Assembly (NCBI GenBank): GCA_045807605.1
Contig: JBJMGZ010000079.1
Location: forward strand, 1 to 32,415
From: Thermoanaerobaculia bacterium
GTDB lineage: Bacteria; Acidobacteriota; Thermoanaerobaculia; Multivoradales; UBA5704
DNA length: 32,415 bases
Direction: 5' to 3'
The position numbers and the translations under genes are program-made. A model generated the notes under the pieces. That model searched no databases, was not told where the DNA came from, and was given only the letters and a program-made list of their open reading frames with translations. This document shows positions 1 through 19,400 of the stretch, one piece after another; positions within the stretch are counted from its first letter, which is position 1; each line of letters opens with the position of its first letter.

Positions 1-3000
1 CGCCCGCAGGACCAGGGTGTTGACGAAGAACCCGATCAGCCCCTCGATCTCTGACCGGCCGCGGCCGGCCACCGGGGTGCCCACCGGCACGTCGGCGCGG
101 TCGGCGAGCCGGCCGAGCAGCGCCTGGAAGGCGGCGAGCAGGACCATGAACGGGGTCGCGCCGCAGCGCCGGGCGAGCGCCTGGACGCCGTCGCGCAGAG
201 CGGCGGGCGGAGCCACCGGGAAGACGCCGCCCCGGCCGCTCGGCACCGGTGGCCGGGGCCGGTCGGCCGGCAGCTCCAGCACCGGCGGCGCGCCGGCCAG
301 GTGCTCCCGCCACCAGCCGAGCTGCCGCGCCAGCGTGCCGCCCTGGAGCCACTGCCGCTGCCAGGCGGCGAAGTCGGCGTACTGGACCGGCAGATCGGGG
401 AGGAACGCTCCGCCGTAGAGCGCGGTCAGCTCGCGCAGCAGCACGCCGATCGACCAGCCGTCGGAGACGATGTGGTGCTGGGTGAGGAGCAGCGTGTGAT
501 CGTCCTCTCCGGTCCGCACCAGCACCGCGCGCAGGAGAGGCCCGCGCGCCAGGTCGAACGGCCGCCGGGCCTCCTCGCGGGCCAGGCGCTTGAGCTCCCC
601 TGGCACGCCGCGGAGGTCGACCACCGGCAGCTCCGTCTTCGCCGGACCGATCACCTGGAGGACCCGGCCTTCGGAGCCGACGGCGAACGTCGTGCGCAGC
701 GACTCGTGGCGCCGGACGATCTCGCCCAGGGCCGCGGCGAGCGCCGCCGGGTCGAGCCGGCCGCGCAGGTGGAGGGCGGCAGGGAGGTTGTACGAGGCGC
801 GGTCGGAGCCGAAGCGGTCCAGGAACCAGAGCCGCTCCTGGGCGAAGGAGGCCCGCAGCTCGCCGTCACGATCGACGGGCACGATCGGCGGCGCCTGGAG
901 GTCCAACGCCTCGCCGCGCACCGCTTCGATCCTCGCCGCCAGCCGGGACAGGACCGGCGTCTCGAACAGGGCGCGGAGGGGCAGCTCGACGCCGAGCAGC
1001 TCGCGCACCCGAGAGACGACTCGGGTAGCGAGCAGCGAATGGCCGCCCAGATCGAAGAAGCCGTCCTCCGGCGCCACCGGCCCGCACTTGAGCACCTCGG
1101 ACCAGATCCCGGCGAGCAGCTCCTGGACGGGCGACATGCTTGCTACGACGGCCGCGGGCTCGCGCTCCGGCTCGACGCGGGCCAGCGCCCTGCGGTCCAC
1201 CTTGCCGTTCGGAGTCAGCGGCAGGGCGGGCAGGACGACGAAGGCCGAAGGCACCATGTAGGCCGGCAGCCGCGGCTCCAGCCAGGCCCGCAGATCGGCG
1301 GCCTCCCCGACGACGAACGCCACGAGCCGGCGCTCCCCGCCCTCGCCGAGCGCGAGCACCACGGCCTCCCCCACCGCCGGGTGCGCCAGCAGCGCGGTCT
1401 CGATCTCCCCCGGCTCGATCCGGAACCCGCGCACTTTGACCTGATGGTCGATGCGGCCCAGGAACTCCAGCTCGCCGCCGGCATTCCAGCGCGCCAGGTC
1501 GCCCGTGCGGTACATCCGCTCGCCGGCTCCGCCGAACGGGTCGGGCACGAACGACGATGCCGTGAGGTCCGGCCGGTTCAGGTAGCCGCGCGCCAGCCCC
1601 TCGCCGGCCAGGCACAGCTCGCCAGGCACGCCGAGCGGCAGAAGGTGCAGACCGCGGTCCACCACCCAGGCCCGCGTACCCGCGACCGGCACGCCGATCG
1701 CCGGCTCCCGGTCCACCCGGTCCATACTCCGCGGCACGCGCACCCAGGTCGAGTAGGTCGTGTCCTCCGACGGCCCATAGAGGTTGTGGACCGCCTCGAC
1801 GTGAGGCAGCGCGTAGATCCGATCCACCAGCGCCCGCTTGAGCGGCTCCCCCGCCAGGTTGACCGTGCGCACGGACTCCGGCACCGCTCCGAGCCGCAGC
1901 AGCTCGGCCATGGCCGACGGCACCGTGTTGACGAGCCGCACCTGGTCCCGCGCCGGGAGATCCGGCAGGGCGAGAGCATTCTCGGCCAGGATCACCCGGC
2001 CGCCGCGCGCCAGCGGCAGGAACAGCTCGAAGACGGACAGGTCGAAGGTGATCGACGTCGAGGCCAGGACGCCCGACAGGTCCTCCGGTCCGAACACCTC
2101 CGCGGCCCAGGCGAGCAGCGCGTCCGCGCTCCGGTGCTCGATCGCCACACCCTTCGGCCGGCCCGTCGAGCCCGACGTATAGATCAGATAGGCCAGGTTG
2201 CCCGGCTCCGCCGCGCCGGGCAGGCGCCCGTCGGCCTCCAGATCGAGCTCCAGCAGGCTCTCCCGGGTGACGACCACGGGGCATCCGGCGTCCTCCAGGA
2301 TCAGCGCCAGCCGCTCCCGCGGGTAGGCCGGATCGAGCGGCACATACGCTCCTCCCGTCTTGAGAATGGCGAGCAGCGCCACCACCAGGTCGGCCGAGCG
2401 CTCCAGGGCGACGCCCACCCTCGCCTCCGGCCCGGCGCCGAGCCTCCGCAGCCGCCGGGCCAGGCGGTTGGCCCGCCGGTCCAGCCCGGCGTACGTGAGC
2501 GCTTCGCCACCGCAGACGACCGCCTCGGCCTCCGGCGTCCGGTCCGCCTGCGCCTCGAAGCGCTCGTGCAGGCAGGCGGCCGTGCCCGGGATGGCAGGAG
2601 CATCGTTCCAGTCCAGGAGCTGCCGGCGCTCGGCCAGGTCGAGCAGCGGCAGCTCGGAGACCGGCATCCCCGGATCGGCGGCGATCCCCTCCAGCAGGAC
2701 GCGGAAGTGCTCCAGCAGGCGGAGCACCGTCGGCCGGTCGAACAGGTCGCGGCTGGCCTCGGCCTGGACGGCGAGCGCATCCCCGTCGCACCCGGATACC
2801 GCGAGCGTCAGGTCGAGCTTCGCGGTGTCCCGCAAGGAAAGGTGGAAGGGATCGAAGCCCAGCGCGCCGGGCTCCGGCGCCGGGGCCGGCGGATCGGTCT
2901 GGACGAGGAGCATCACCTGGAAGAGAGGCGTGTGAGCCAGGCTGCGCTCGGGTTGCAGCGCCTCGACGAGCTTCTCGAAGGGCAGGTCCTGGTGGTCGTA

Positions 3001-6000
3001 CGCCTCCAGGGCCGTCTCCCGCGTCCGCCGCAGGACCTGGCGGAAAGTGGGCTCGGCCGACGATTCTCCCGACAAATCGCCACGCAGGACCAGGGTGTTC
3101 ACGAAGAAGCCGACGAGCCCCTCGACCTCCGTCCGGTTGCGGTTCGCGATCGGCGTGCCGACGGGCAGGTCGTCCTGGCCGGTGTAGCGCCGCAGGAGGA
3201 CCTGGAAGGCGGCGAGCAGGGTCATGAACAGCGTCGCGCCGCCGCGCCGGCCCAGCGCCGCCAGGCCGGCGGCGAGCTCCGCGGAGAGGACCGCCCCCGC
3301 CACCTCGCCATGGGAGGTGCGCACGGCCGGCCGCGGCCGGTCCGCCGGCAGCTCCAGCACGGCCGGGGCGCCGGCCAGCCGCTCGCGCCACCAGGCGATC
3401 TCCGCCTCCAGGGTCTCGCCGGCCAGCCAGCCCCGCTGCCACACGGCGAAGTCCGCGTACTGGACCGGCAGCGGAGGCAGGGCGGCCGGCTTGCCCGCCG
3501 CGAAGGCATCGTAGAGCGCTCTCAGCTCGCGGAGCAGCACGCGCATGGACCAGCCGTCGGAAACGATGTGGTGCATCGTCAGGAGCAGGACGTGGTCCTC
3601 GGCGCCGAGGCGCAGGAGGGCCGCGCGCAGGAGCGGGCCGGCCTGGAGGTCGAACGGCCGGCGGGCATCCTCGACGGCGAGGCGCAGGGCCTCGGCGTCG
3701 GACAATCCATCCACGACCGGAAGCGGCAGGCCCGCCTCCGGGGCGATCCGCTGGAGCACGGCGCCGTCCGGCGACAGGGAGAAGGTGGTGCGCAGCGACT
3801 CGTGGCGGTCCGCCAGCGCATCCAGCGCGGCGGCCAGCGCCGGCACCGAGAGCGCGCCGCGCAGCCGCAGCGGCGACGGCAGGTTGTAGGCGGTCTCTTC
3901 GCCGCCGAGCTGGTCCAGGAACCAGAGCCGCTCCTGGGCGAAGGAGGCCGGCAGGTCGCGATAGCGCGGTACGGGATCGACCCGAGGCAAGGCGCTCCGG
4001 CGCGCGGACTCCACGCGCGCGGCGAGGCCCGCCACGGTCGGCGCCTCGAAGAGCGCGCGCAGCGGCAGGTCGGCGCGGAAGAGCTCGCGGACCCGCGACA
4101 CGAGCTGCGTCGCCAGCAGCGAATGGCCGCCCAGGCTGAAGAAGTTGTCATGCGCGCCGACCCGGCCGATCTTCAGGACGTCCTGCCAGATGCCGGCGAT
4201 CAGCTCCTCCGCGGCGGTCCGGGGGGCATCCGGCGTCACATCCCTGTCGACCCGGCCGGGCGCGCGGCCCGCGAGGGCCTTGCGGTCCACCTTGCCGTTC
4301 GGGGTCAGCGGCAGAGCGTCCAGGAAGACGAAGGAGGCGGGGACCATGTAGGCGGGCAGGCGGAGCTCCAGCCAGCTCCTCAGGTCTCCCTCCCCCACGA
4401 CGAACGCCGCCAGCGACCGGTCGCTCCCCTCTCCCAGCGCCAGGACCACGGCCTCGCGGATGCCCGGGTGCGCCAGCAGGTGCGACTCGACCTCGCCGAG
4501 CTCGATGCGGAATCCCCGCACCTTGACCTGATGGTCGATCCGCCCCAGGAAGTCCAGGCGGCCGTCCGGCAGCCGGCGGACCAGGTCGCCGGTGCGGTAC
4601 AGGCGCTCGCCGTCCCGGAACGGATCGGGGACGAACGCCGCCGCGGTCAGGTCCGGCCGGTTCAGGTAGCCGCGGGCCAGGCCGGCGCCGGCCAGGAACA
4701 GCTCCCCGGGCACGCCGACCGGGAGCGGCCGGAACCAGCGGTCGAGGACGTGCGCCCGCGTATTCGCGACGGGCACGCCGATCGTCGGCTCCTCGCCCCG
4801 CGCCACCCTGGTCCACGTCGAGTAGGTCGTATCCTCCGAGGGTCCGTAGAGGTTGTAGACGCTCTCCACCGTGGGCACGGCGTAGAGGGCCTCCACCAGC
4901 GCCCGCTTGAGCGGCTCGCCCGCCAGGTTCACGGTGCGCACCGAGGCAGGAAGGCCGGCGTCGCGCAGCAGCGCGCCGATCGCCGAAGGCACGGTGTTGA
5001 TCAGGGTCACGGAATCCCGGGCCGGCAGCTCGGACAGGGCCAGGGCGTTCTCCGCCAGCACGAGCGTGCCGCCGCGGGTGAGCGTCAGGAAAATCTCGAA
5101 GACGGACAGGTCGAAGGTGACCGAGGTCGAGGCCAGCACCGTCTCCTCCGGCCCGAAGACCCCGGCCGCCCAGTCGAGGAGCGCGGCGGCGCTGCGGTGC
5201 TCGATCGCCACGCCCTTGGGCCGCCCGGTGGAGCCGGAGGTGTAGATGAGGTAGGCGAGGTTGCCCGGGCCGGCCAGCGGCGGGAGCGGACCGGCGTCCT
5301 CGGCGCCCTCCTCGGGCGCGAAGCTTCCTGCATCCGTGATCAGGACCGGCTCCGCGAGGCCGGCCTGCGCGTCCTCCAGGATCGTCGCGAGGCGCTCGCG
5401 CGGATAGGCCGGATCGAGCGGCACGTAGGCGCCGCCGGCCTTCTGCACCGCGAGCAGGGCGACGATCAGGTCCGGGGTCCGCCCGAGAGCGATGCCGACC
5501 CGCGACTCGGGGCCGACGCCGCGCGCGCGCAGGCGGCGGGCCAGGCGGTTCGACCGGGCGTCCAGCTCCGCGTAGGTCAGCGTGTCCTCTCCATGCACGA
5601 GGGCGACGGCTTCGGGGGTGCGCGCCGCCTGGGCCGCGAAGCGCTCGGGCAGCGTGCGACCGGAACCGGGCGCGGCTGTGTCGTTCCACTCCACGAGGAG
5701 CTGGTGGCGGCTCTCCCCGGCGAGGACCGGCAGGCTCCAGAGCGGGCGCCCGGGGTCGTCCGCGATGCCCTTCAGCAGCGCGCGATAGGACTCCAGGAGG
5801 CGCAGCGCGTCCGTGCCGTCGAGCAGGTCGGCGTCCCAGTCGAGACGCACGCGCAGGCCCTGCGGCGTCTCCTCGGCGAAGAGGGCGAGATCGAACTTGA
5901 CCGCGCCCTCTCCGCGGTCGCCGGCCTCCAGCGGCGCGACCGTCAGCCCCTCCAGCTCCGGACCGCGCTCGGAGGCCCGCTCCTGGAGCGAGAACGTCAC

Positions 6001-7112
6001 CTGCACCAGCGGGTTGAGCGCCAGGCTGCGCTCCGGCTGCAGCTCCTCGACCAGGCGCTCGAAGGGGACGTCCTGGTGGGCGAACGCTCCGAGCGCGCTC
6101 TCCCGCACCCGCGCCAGCAGCTCGCGGAACGTGGCGGCGCCCGCCAGCCCGGTGCGCAGCACGACGGTGTTCACGAACAGGCCGATCAGCCCCTCCGTCT
6201 CCACGAGCGTCCGTCCCGACACCGGCGTGCCGACGAGCAGGTCCTCCCGGCCCGTGCAGAGGTGGAGCAGGACCTCGAACGCGGCGAGCAGGGACATGAA
6301 GAGGGTGGCCCCTGCGCTCCGTGCGACCTCGCGCACGGCCTCGGAGACCGGCCGCGGGATCTCCAGCGAGCGCCAGGCTCCGCGGTGGCTGGAGACCGGC
6401 GGGCGCGGCCGGAAGGGCAGCTCCAGGACCAGCGGCGCGCCGTCGAGCCGCGCCTTCCACCAGGCGAGCTGCCGCTCCAGGTCCTCCAGGAGATCGCGCT
6501 GCCAGACGGCGAAGTCCGCGTACTGGATCGGCAGGGCGGGCAGGAGCGCCGGAACCCCCGCGGTCCGCGCGCGATAGAGGAACGCGAGCTCGGACTGGAA
6601 CACGCCGAGCGACCACCCGTCGGCCACGGCATGATGGAAGCCGGCGAGGAGCGCGTGGTCCTCGCCGCCGAGGCGCAGGAGGGCGGCGCGGAAGAGCGGC
6701 CCGCGCTCCAGGTCGTACGGCCGCGCCGCCTCCGCGGCGACCAGCCGCCGCGCCTCGGGCTCGCGCCGCTGCGCGGGCAGCGCCGCCAGGTTCACGACCG
6801 GCAGGAACGGGAAGGAGCCCGGGCCGGGCGGCGCCACGACCTGCACCGGCTCGCCCTCCTCCACGGCGAAGGTCGTGCGCAGCGGCTCGTGGCGGGCCAC
6901 GAGGCCGGCCAGCGCCGCCTCCAGCGCCAGAGGGTCGAGCGGCCCGCGCAGGCGCCACGCGAACGGCAGGTTGTAGACCGGGCTGCCGGGCGCGAGCTGG
7001 TCCAGGAACCAGAGCCGCTGCTGGGCGTAGGAGGCCGGGAAGACGAAGACGCCGTCCTCGGGGCCGGAGGGCTCGGGCGCGGCGCCCTGCCGGGGAGCCA
7101 GGGAGCTGATCG

Positions 7113-7116
<4 letters not shown>
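1..7116 (-). CDS. NRPS, 3'-truncated by the window edge: C-A(Ala)-T-C-A(Ala)-T-C(partial); at least 2372 codons
   Basis: Not in the ORF track, which is consistent with no stop codon before position 1. I translated the key segments by hand. ATG at 7116 overlaps the upstream TGA (ATGA) and follows GGAAAGAGG. N-terminus MTISSLAPRQGAAPEPSGPEDGVFVFPASYAQQRLWFLDQL. C motifs HHAVADG (~6620), HHIVSDG (~3560) and HHIVSDG (~465). Two LAYLIYTSGSTGRPKGV motifs (~5240, ~2170). T motifs FFSLGGHSLL (~4125) and FFDLGGHSLL (~1045). Both A domains read FDLSVFE / (I/V)NTVPS / VNLAGE / NLYGPSEDTTY, giving code DLFNNALTYK (Ala-type). Confidence 0.95.
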
Positions 7117-13453
<6,337 letters not shown>

Positions 13454-13457
<4 letters not shown>

Positions 13458-16400
13458 GCCGGGCCTCCCTGGTCCGCCGGCCGGACGCGCCGGTGCGCCG
13501 CGCGCGAGGCGGCCTGGACGCGCGGACCCGCGGGCGTTCCGGACGCGCCGGCCTCGCGCACGGCGCGCGACAGGCCGCCGACCGTCGGCGCCTGGAACAG
13601 GCTGCGCAGCGGCAGGTCCACCGCGAGCTCCCGGCGCACCCGGGCCATCACCCGCGTGGCCAGCAGCGAGTGGCCGCCGAGGCGGAAGAAGTCGTCGTGG
13701 AGACCCACGCGCTCGAGGCCGAGCACGTCGGCCCAGATCCCGGCGAGCGTGCGCTCCTCCGGCGTCTCGGGCGGCACGAAGCCGTCGCCTCCCGCCGACA
13801 GGTCGGGCCGGGGCAGGGCCTTGCGGTCCAGCTTGCCGTTCGGCGTGCGCGGCAGGGCATCCAGCATCACCCAGGCGCCCGGGACCATGTAGGACGGCAG
13901 CCGCGCCGCGAGGTGCCCGCGCAGCTCCTCGACCTCCACGGGAGGCGCCACATAGGCAGCCAGCCGCCGGTCGCCATCAGGATTGGCGGCATCCACCGCC
14001 AGCACCGCCGCCTCGCGCACGGCGGGGTGGGCCAGGAGCGCGGCCTCGATCTCTCCGAGCTCGATGCGGAACCCGCGCAGCTTGACCTGGTGGTCGATGC
14101 GGCCCAGCAGCTCCAGGCTGCCGTCCGCACGCCGGCGGGCGAGGTCGCCGGTGCGGTAGAGCCGCTCTCCGGGACCCGAGAAGGGGTCGGGCAGGAAGCG
14201 CTCGGCGGTGAGGTCCGGCCGGTGGAGATAGCCGCGGGCCAGGCCGGCGCCGCCCAGCCAGACCTCGCCCGGGATGCCGGCCGGAACCGGGTTGCCCCAC
14301 GGGTCCAGGAGCACGGCGCGCGTGCCCGCGACCGGCCAGCCGATGGTGGCCGGCCCGCCGGGCCGCCGCAGGGCGAAGGTCGAGTAGGTCGTGTCCTCGG
14401 ACGGCCCATAGAGGTCGAAGACCCGGCCGGCCGCGGTGCGCTCGTAGATGCGGTCCACCAGGGCCGGGACCAGCGGCTCGCCCGCCAGGTTGACGGTCCG
14501 CACCGACCGCGGCACCGCCGCCAGGCGCAGCAGCTCCTCCATGGCCGAGGGCACGGTGTTGACGAGCGTGACCCGCTCCGCCGCCGGCAGGCCGGCCAGG
14601 GCGAGCGCGTCGTCGCCGAGGATCACGGCGCCGCCGCGGGAGAGCGGCAGGAAGAGCTCGAAGACCGAGAGGTCGAAGCAGACCGAGGTGGCGGCGAAGA
14701 CGCCGGCCAGGTCCTCGGCGGAAAAGACCTCCGCGGCCCAGCGCAGCAGGTCCACGGCGCTGCGGTGCTCGATCGCCACGCCCTTGGGCCGGCCGGTGGA
14801 GCCGGAGGTGTAGATGACGTAGGCAAGGTTGCCCGAGCCGGCGCCACCGTCCAGCTCCGGTCCTTCCCCGTCCAGATCCAGCAGCTCGGCAGCAGTGATC
14901 ACCCGGCGCGCGCCCGAGTCCTCCAGGAGGAAGGCCGTCCGCGCCTCCGGGTACGCTGGATCGAGCGGGACGTAGAAAGAGCCCGACCGGAGCACGGCCA
15001 GCAGCGCGGCGACCAGGTCGGGCGTGCGCTCCAGGAGGACCCCCACGGCCACCTCGGGGCCGGCGCCCGCGGCGCGCAGCCGGCGGGCGAGGCGCGCGCT
15101 CCGGGCGTCCAGCTCGCGATAGGTGACCGTCTCCGCGCCGAAGATCACGGCCGGGGCGTCGGGCGTGCGGGCTGCCTGCGCCGTGAACAGGCCGTGCAGC
15201 GTGTCCGGAGCCGAGACCGGCAGCGCCGGGCCGGCCCAGCCGCGTACGAGCTGCTCCTCCTCTGCCGGGTCCAGCATCGGCTGCCGGGAAAGACGGCGCT
15301 CCGGGTCTTCCAGCAGGCCCTGCAGGAGCCGCTCGTGATGGGCGGCGAGGCGCGCCACGGTCGCCGGATCGAAGAGGTCGCGGTCGTAGCGCCAGAGCAG
15401 GCGCAGGCCGTGCGGCCCGGCGTCGATCACTCCGATCTCCAGGTCGAAGCGCGACTCGCCGCGCCGGACCGGCACCGTCTCCGTGGCGAGGCCGGGCATC
15501 TCCAGGACGTCGGCGCCGCTCTCCTGGAGCGTGAGCATGGCCTGGAACAGGGGCGTGTGCCCCAGGTTCCGCTCCGGGGCCAGCTCCGCCACCAGCTTCT
15601 CGAACGGCAGCTCCTGGTGCGCATGGGCCGCCAGGGTGGACCGCCGCGCCGCGTCCAGCAGCCCGGCGAACCCGGGATCGCCCTCCCAGCGCAGACGCAG
15701 CGCCAGGGTGTTCACGAAGAAGCCCACGAGCGGCTCGATCTCGCTGCGGGTGCGCCCCGCGACCGGCGAGCCCAGCACCACGTCCGGCCGGCCGGCGTAG
15801 CGCGCGAACAGGGCGGCCAGGGATGCCAGGAGCCCCATGAACAGGGTCGTCCCCGACCGCCGGCCGAGCCCGCGCAGGGCTGCGGCCGTCGCGGGCGGCA
15901 GATCCCGCTCCACCTGGGCGCCGCGATAGGCCTGCACGCGCGGCCGGGGCCGGTCGAGCGGCAGCTCGAGCAGGGCCGGCGCACCGTCCAGGGCCTCGCG
16001 CCAGTGGGCGACCAGGGATGCCAGGAGCCCGCCCTGGAGCCGCTCCCGCTGCCAGACCGCGAAGTCCGCGTACTGGACCGGCAGCGCGGGCAGGGCGGCG
16101 GGCTGCTTGTACAAAACCGCCAGCTCGCGCAGGAGGAGCCCCATGGACCAGCCGTCCGCGACGATATGGTGCAGGGTGAGGGCGAAGCGGTGCTCCTCCG
16201 CGGTTTCCGCCGATAGGCGGAGCAGGAGGAGGCGCACCAGCGGCCCGCGCCGCAGATCGAACGGCCGGCGGGCCTCCTCGTGCAGCAGCCGGTCGGCCTC
16301 GGCCTGCCGCTGCGCCGCGGGCAGGTTGGAGAGGTCGGCCACCGGGAGAGCCGGCGCGAGGTCCGGGAGCACGGACTGCGCGGGCTGCCCCTCCAGCGCG

Positions 16401-19400
16401 GCGAACGTGGTGCGCAGGGCCTCATGCCGCCTGACGGCCGCCGCCATGGCCGCGGCCAGCGCGGGCACGGCGAGCGGGCCGGCCAGGCGGAAGGCCCGGG
16501 CGATGTTGTAGGCGGAGGCGCCCGGGATGAGCTGGTCGAGGAACCAGAGCCGCTCCTGGGCGAAGGACAGCGGCGCGGGCCCGGTATCGCCGGGACTGCG
16601 GGCTCGCCGCCGGATCGGCGTCGCCGCCTCGATTCGCCCGCCGCGCATCGCCTCCTCGACGGCCCGCGCGAGGCCCGCGACCGTGGGCGCTTCGAACAGG
16701 GCCGACAGCGGCACCTCGACGCCGGCCGCGTCGCGGACCCGCGACAGCAGCCGGGTGGCGATCAGGGAGTGCCCGCCGAGCTTGAAGAAGTTGTCGCGCA
16801 CGCCGACCTCGACCCCCAGGACCGCACTCCAGATGCCGGCCAGCGTCTCTTCCAGCGGCGTGCGCGCAGCCCCGCTCTCCTCGCGCGCTCCCTCGCGCCA
16901 TACCGGCTCGGGCAGAGCGCGTAGGTCCACCTTGCCGTTCGGCGTGAGCGGCAGCCCGGGCAGGACGACGAACGCCGACGGGACCATGTAGGCCGGCAGG
17001 CGGTCGGAAAGGAAGCTCTCGAATGCCCCCTCCCCCACCACGTACGCCACCAGGACCGGATCGCCGTCCCGCTCCCGCACCGCCACCGCCGCCTCGCGCA
17101 CTCCGGGGCAACCGGCGAGGACGGCCTCGATCTCGCCCAGCTCGATCCGGAACCCGCGGATCTTGACCTGGTGGTCGATCCGCCCCAGGAACTCCAGCTC
17201 GCCGCCGGACCGCCAGCGGGCAAGGTCGCCGGTGCGGTAGAGGCGGCCCCCGTCCGGGTCCGGCACGAACCGCTCGGCCGTCAGGTCCGGCCGGCCGAGA
17301 TAGCCGCGCGCCAGACCAGCGCCGCCAACGCACAGCTCGCCGGGAACGCCCGGCGGCACCCGCCGCCCGTCGCGGTCGAGCAGCCGGACCGAGAGGCCGC
17401 CGGTCGGCCGGCCGATGGACGGAGCCCCTGCCCGCCCCGGCTCCACCAGGCCGGCCGTCGTGATCACCGTGCTCTCGGTAGGCCCGTAGTGGTTGACCAG
17501 CGCGAACGGGAGCGGGCGCACCGGAGCGCGGCGCAGCCGGTCGCCGCCGGTCAGCAGAGCGCGCAGCGCGAGCCCCGCCGGCACCTCCTGCTCCGCGATC
17601 TCGACGAGCGCCTCGGCCAGAGGCGTCGGCAGGAACGCGAGCGTGATCCGCTCGGCAGCCATCCAGGCCAGCAGCCGGCGAGGATCGGAGCGCGTCTCCG
17701 CCTCCGGCACGTGCACGCTCGCGCCCGCCGCGAGATAAGGCCAGACCTCCCAGACCGACGCGTCGAAAGCCGGCCCGGCCAGCATCGTGGCCCGGTCCGC
17801 CGGAGTCACCCCATACGCCTGCGCATGCCAGTCCGCCAGGTTTGCCAGCCCACCGTGCCCGACCGCCACACCCTTGGGCCGTCCCGTCGAGCCCGAGGTA
17901 TAGATCACGTAGGCCAGGTCACCCCCCGGCCCCCTCTCCCGGGCAGGCGGGCCCGGGCGGGCTGGGAGAGGGGGCCGGGGGGCGAGGCCCAGCTCCAGCT
18001 CCACCACCGCCATCGCCGCTCCCATCTCCGTCACCAGGTCCCGATACTGCGGCCGCACCACCACCGCCCGGGCCCCCGAGTCCTCGAGCAGGAAGCGCAG
18101 GCGCTCCGCCGGGTACGACGGATCGAGCGGCAGCCAGGCCCCGCCGGCCTCCAGCGCTCCCAGGGCCGCCACCACCGCCTCGGGCGAGCGCTCGGTCAGC
18201 ACCGCCACCACCGTCTCCGGCCCCACCCCGATCTCCGCCAACCGCCCGGCCAGCGCCCGCGCCTCGGCCAGAAGGCCGGCATAGCTCAGCTCCACGCCGT
18301 TGCCGGCCAGAGCGAGCGCGTCCGGCGTGCGCTCCGCCCAGGAGGCGACCTGGAGGTGCACCGGAGCCCCGTCCGCCCGGGAGACCGGGCCGTGGCCCCA
18401 GGCCTGGAGCTGCCGGCGCTCGGCCGCGGTCAGCAACGGCAGCTCCGAGATCCTGCGCCCCGGGTCCTCCACGAACGCCGCGAGCAGCGCCTGGTAGTGG
18501 GTCCACATGCGGTCGATCGTCGCCGCCTCGAACAGGTCGCCGCTGTACTCCCAGATGAACGTCATGTCCTCGGAGGCGCCTTCCGAGCCGAAGCCGAGGC
18601 GCTGCTCGGCGCGGGGCTTGGCGACCACGTTGAGGTCCGACTTGGCCGAGCCGTTGTGGCGCTCGTAGAGCTCGCCGGCGAGGCCCGCGAAGTCGAGGTC
18701 CGGCACCGGCGAGTCGTGGAAGCTGAACAGCACCTGGAAGAGCGGGTTGCGCGACAGCTCGCGGTCCGGCTGCAGCTCCTCGACGAGCTTCTCGAAGGGG
18801 AGGTCCTGGTGCGCCTGCGCCTCCAGCATGGTGCGCCGCGCCCGCGCGGCCAGCTCGCGGAAGGTCAGGCCCCCCTCCACCGCCGTGCGCAGGACGACCG
18901 TGTTGACCACCATGCCGATCATCTCTTCCAGCTCGCGCAGCCGCCGGTTCGCGATGCCGCTGCCGAGCACGATGTCCTCCTGCCCGGTGTAGCGGTAGAG
19001 CAGGGCATAGAAGGCGGACAGCGACGTCATGAACAGCGTGACCCCTTCGCGCCGGCCGGCCGCGCGCACCCCGGCGTACAGCTCCCGCGGCAGGTCGGCC
19101 CGCAGGGCGCCGCCGCGGAAGCTGTGCGTCCTGGAGCGCGGCCGGTCCGCAGCCAGCTCGAGCACCGGCGGGCTCCCCGCCAGCCGCTCCTTCCACCAGT
19201 CGAGCTGCCGGGCGAGCGCGTCTCCCTGCAGCCACCGCCGCTGCCAGAGGACGAACTCCCGGTACTGCACCGGCGGCTCGGGCAGCGGCGACGGCCGGCC
19301 TTCCCGGATCGCCGTGTACAGCTCTTTCAATTCGCGCAGGAACACGGCCAGCGACCAGCCGTCGTGGACGAAGTGGTGCTCGACGTGCAGCAGGAGGTGG

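Noticed and set aside
866-6958. Minus-strand ORFs 866..3442 and 4148..6958
   Set aside because: Off-frame Arg/Ala/Gly/Pro-rich translations overlapping the true NRPS frame (7116 to 1), with no recognisable motifs.
19358-19381. First C domain as a NocB-type beta-lactam-forming or heterocyclisation domain
   Set aside because: Those use HHHxxxDG and DxxxxD respectively. The motif here is EHHxxHDG, and the flanking A domains are not Ser/Cys type.
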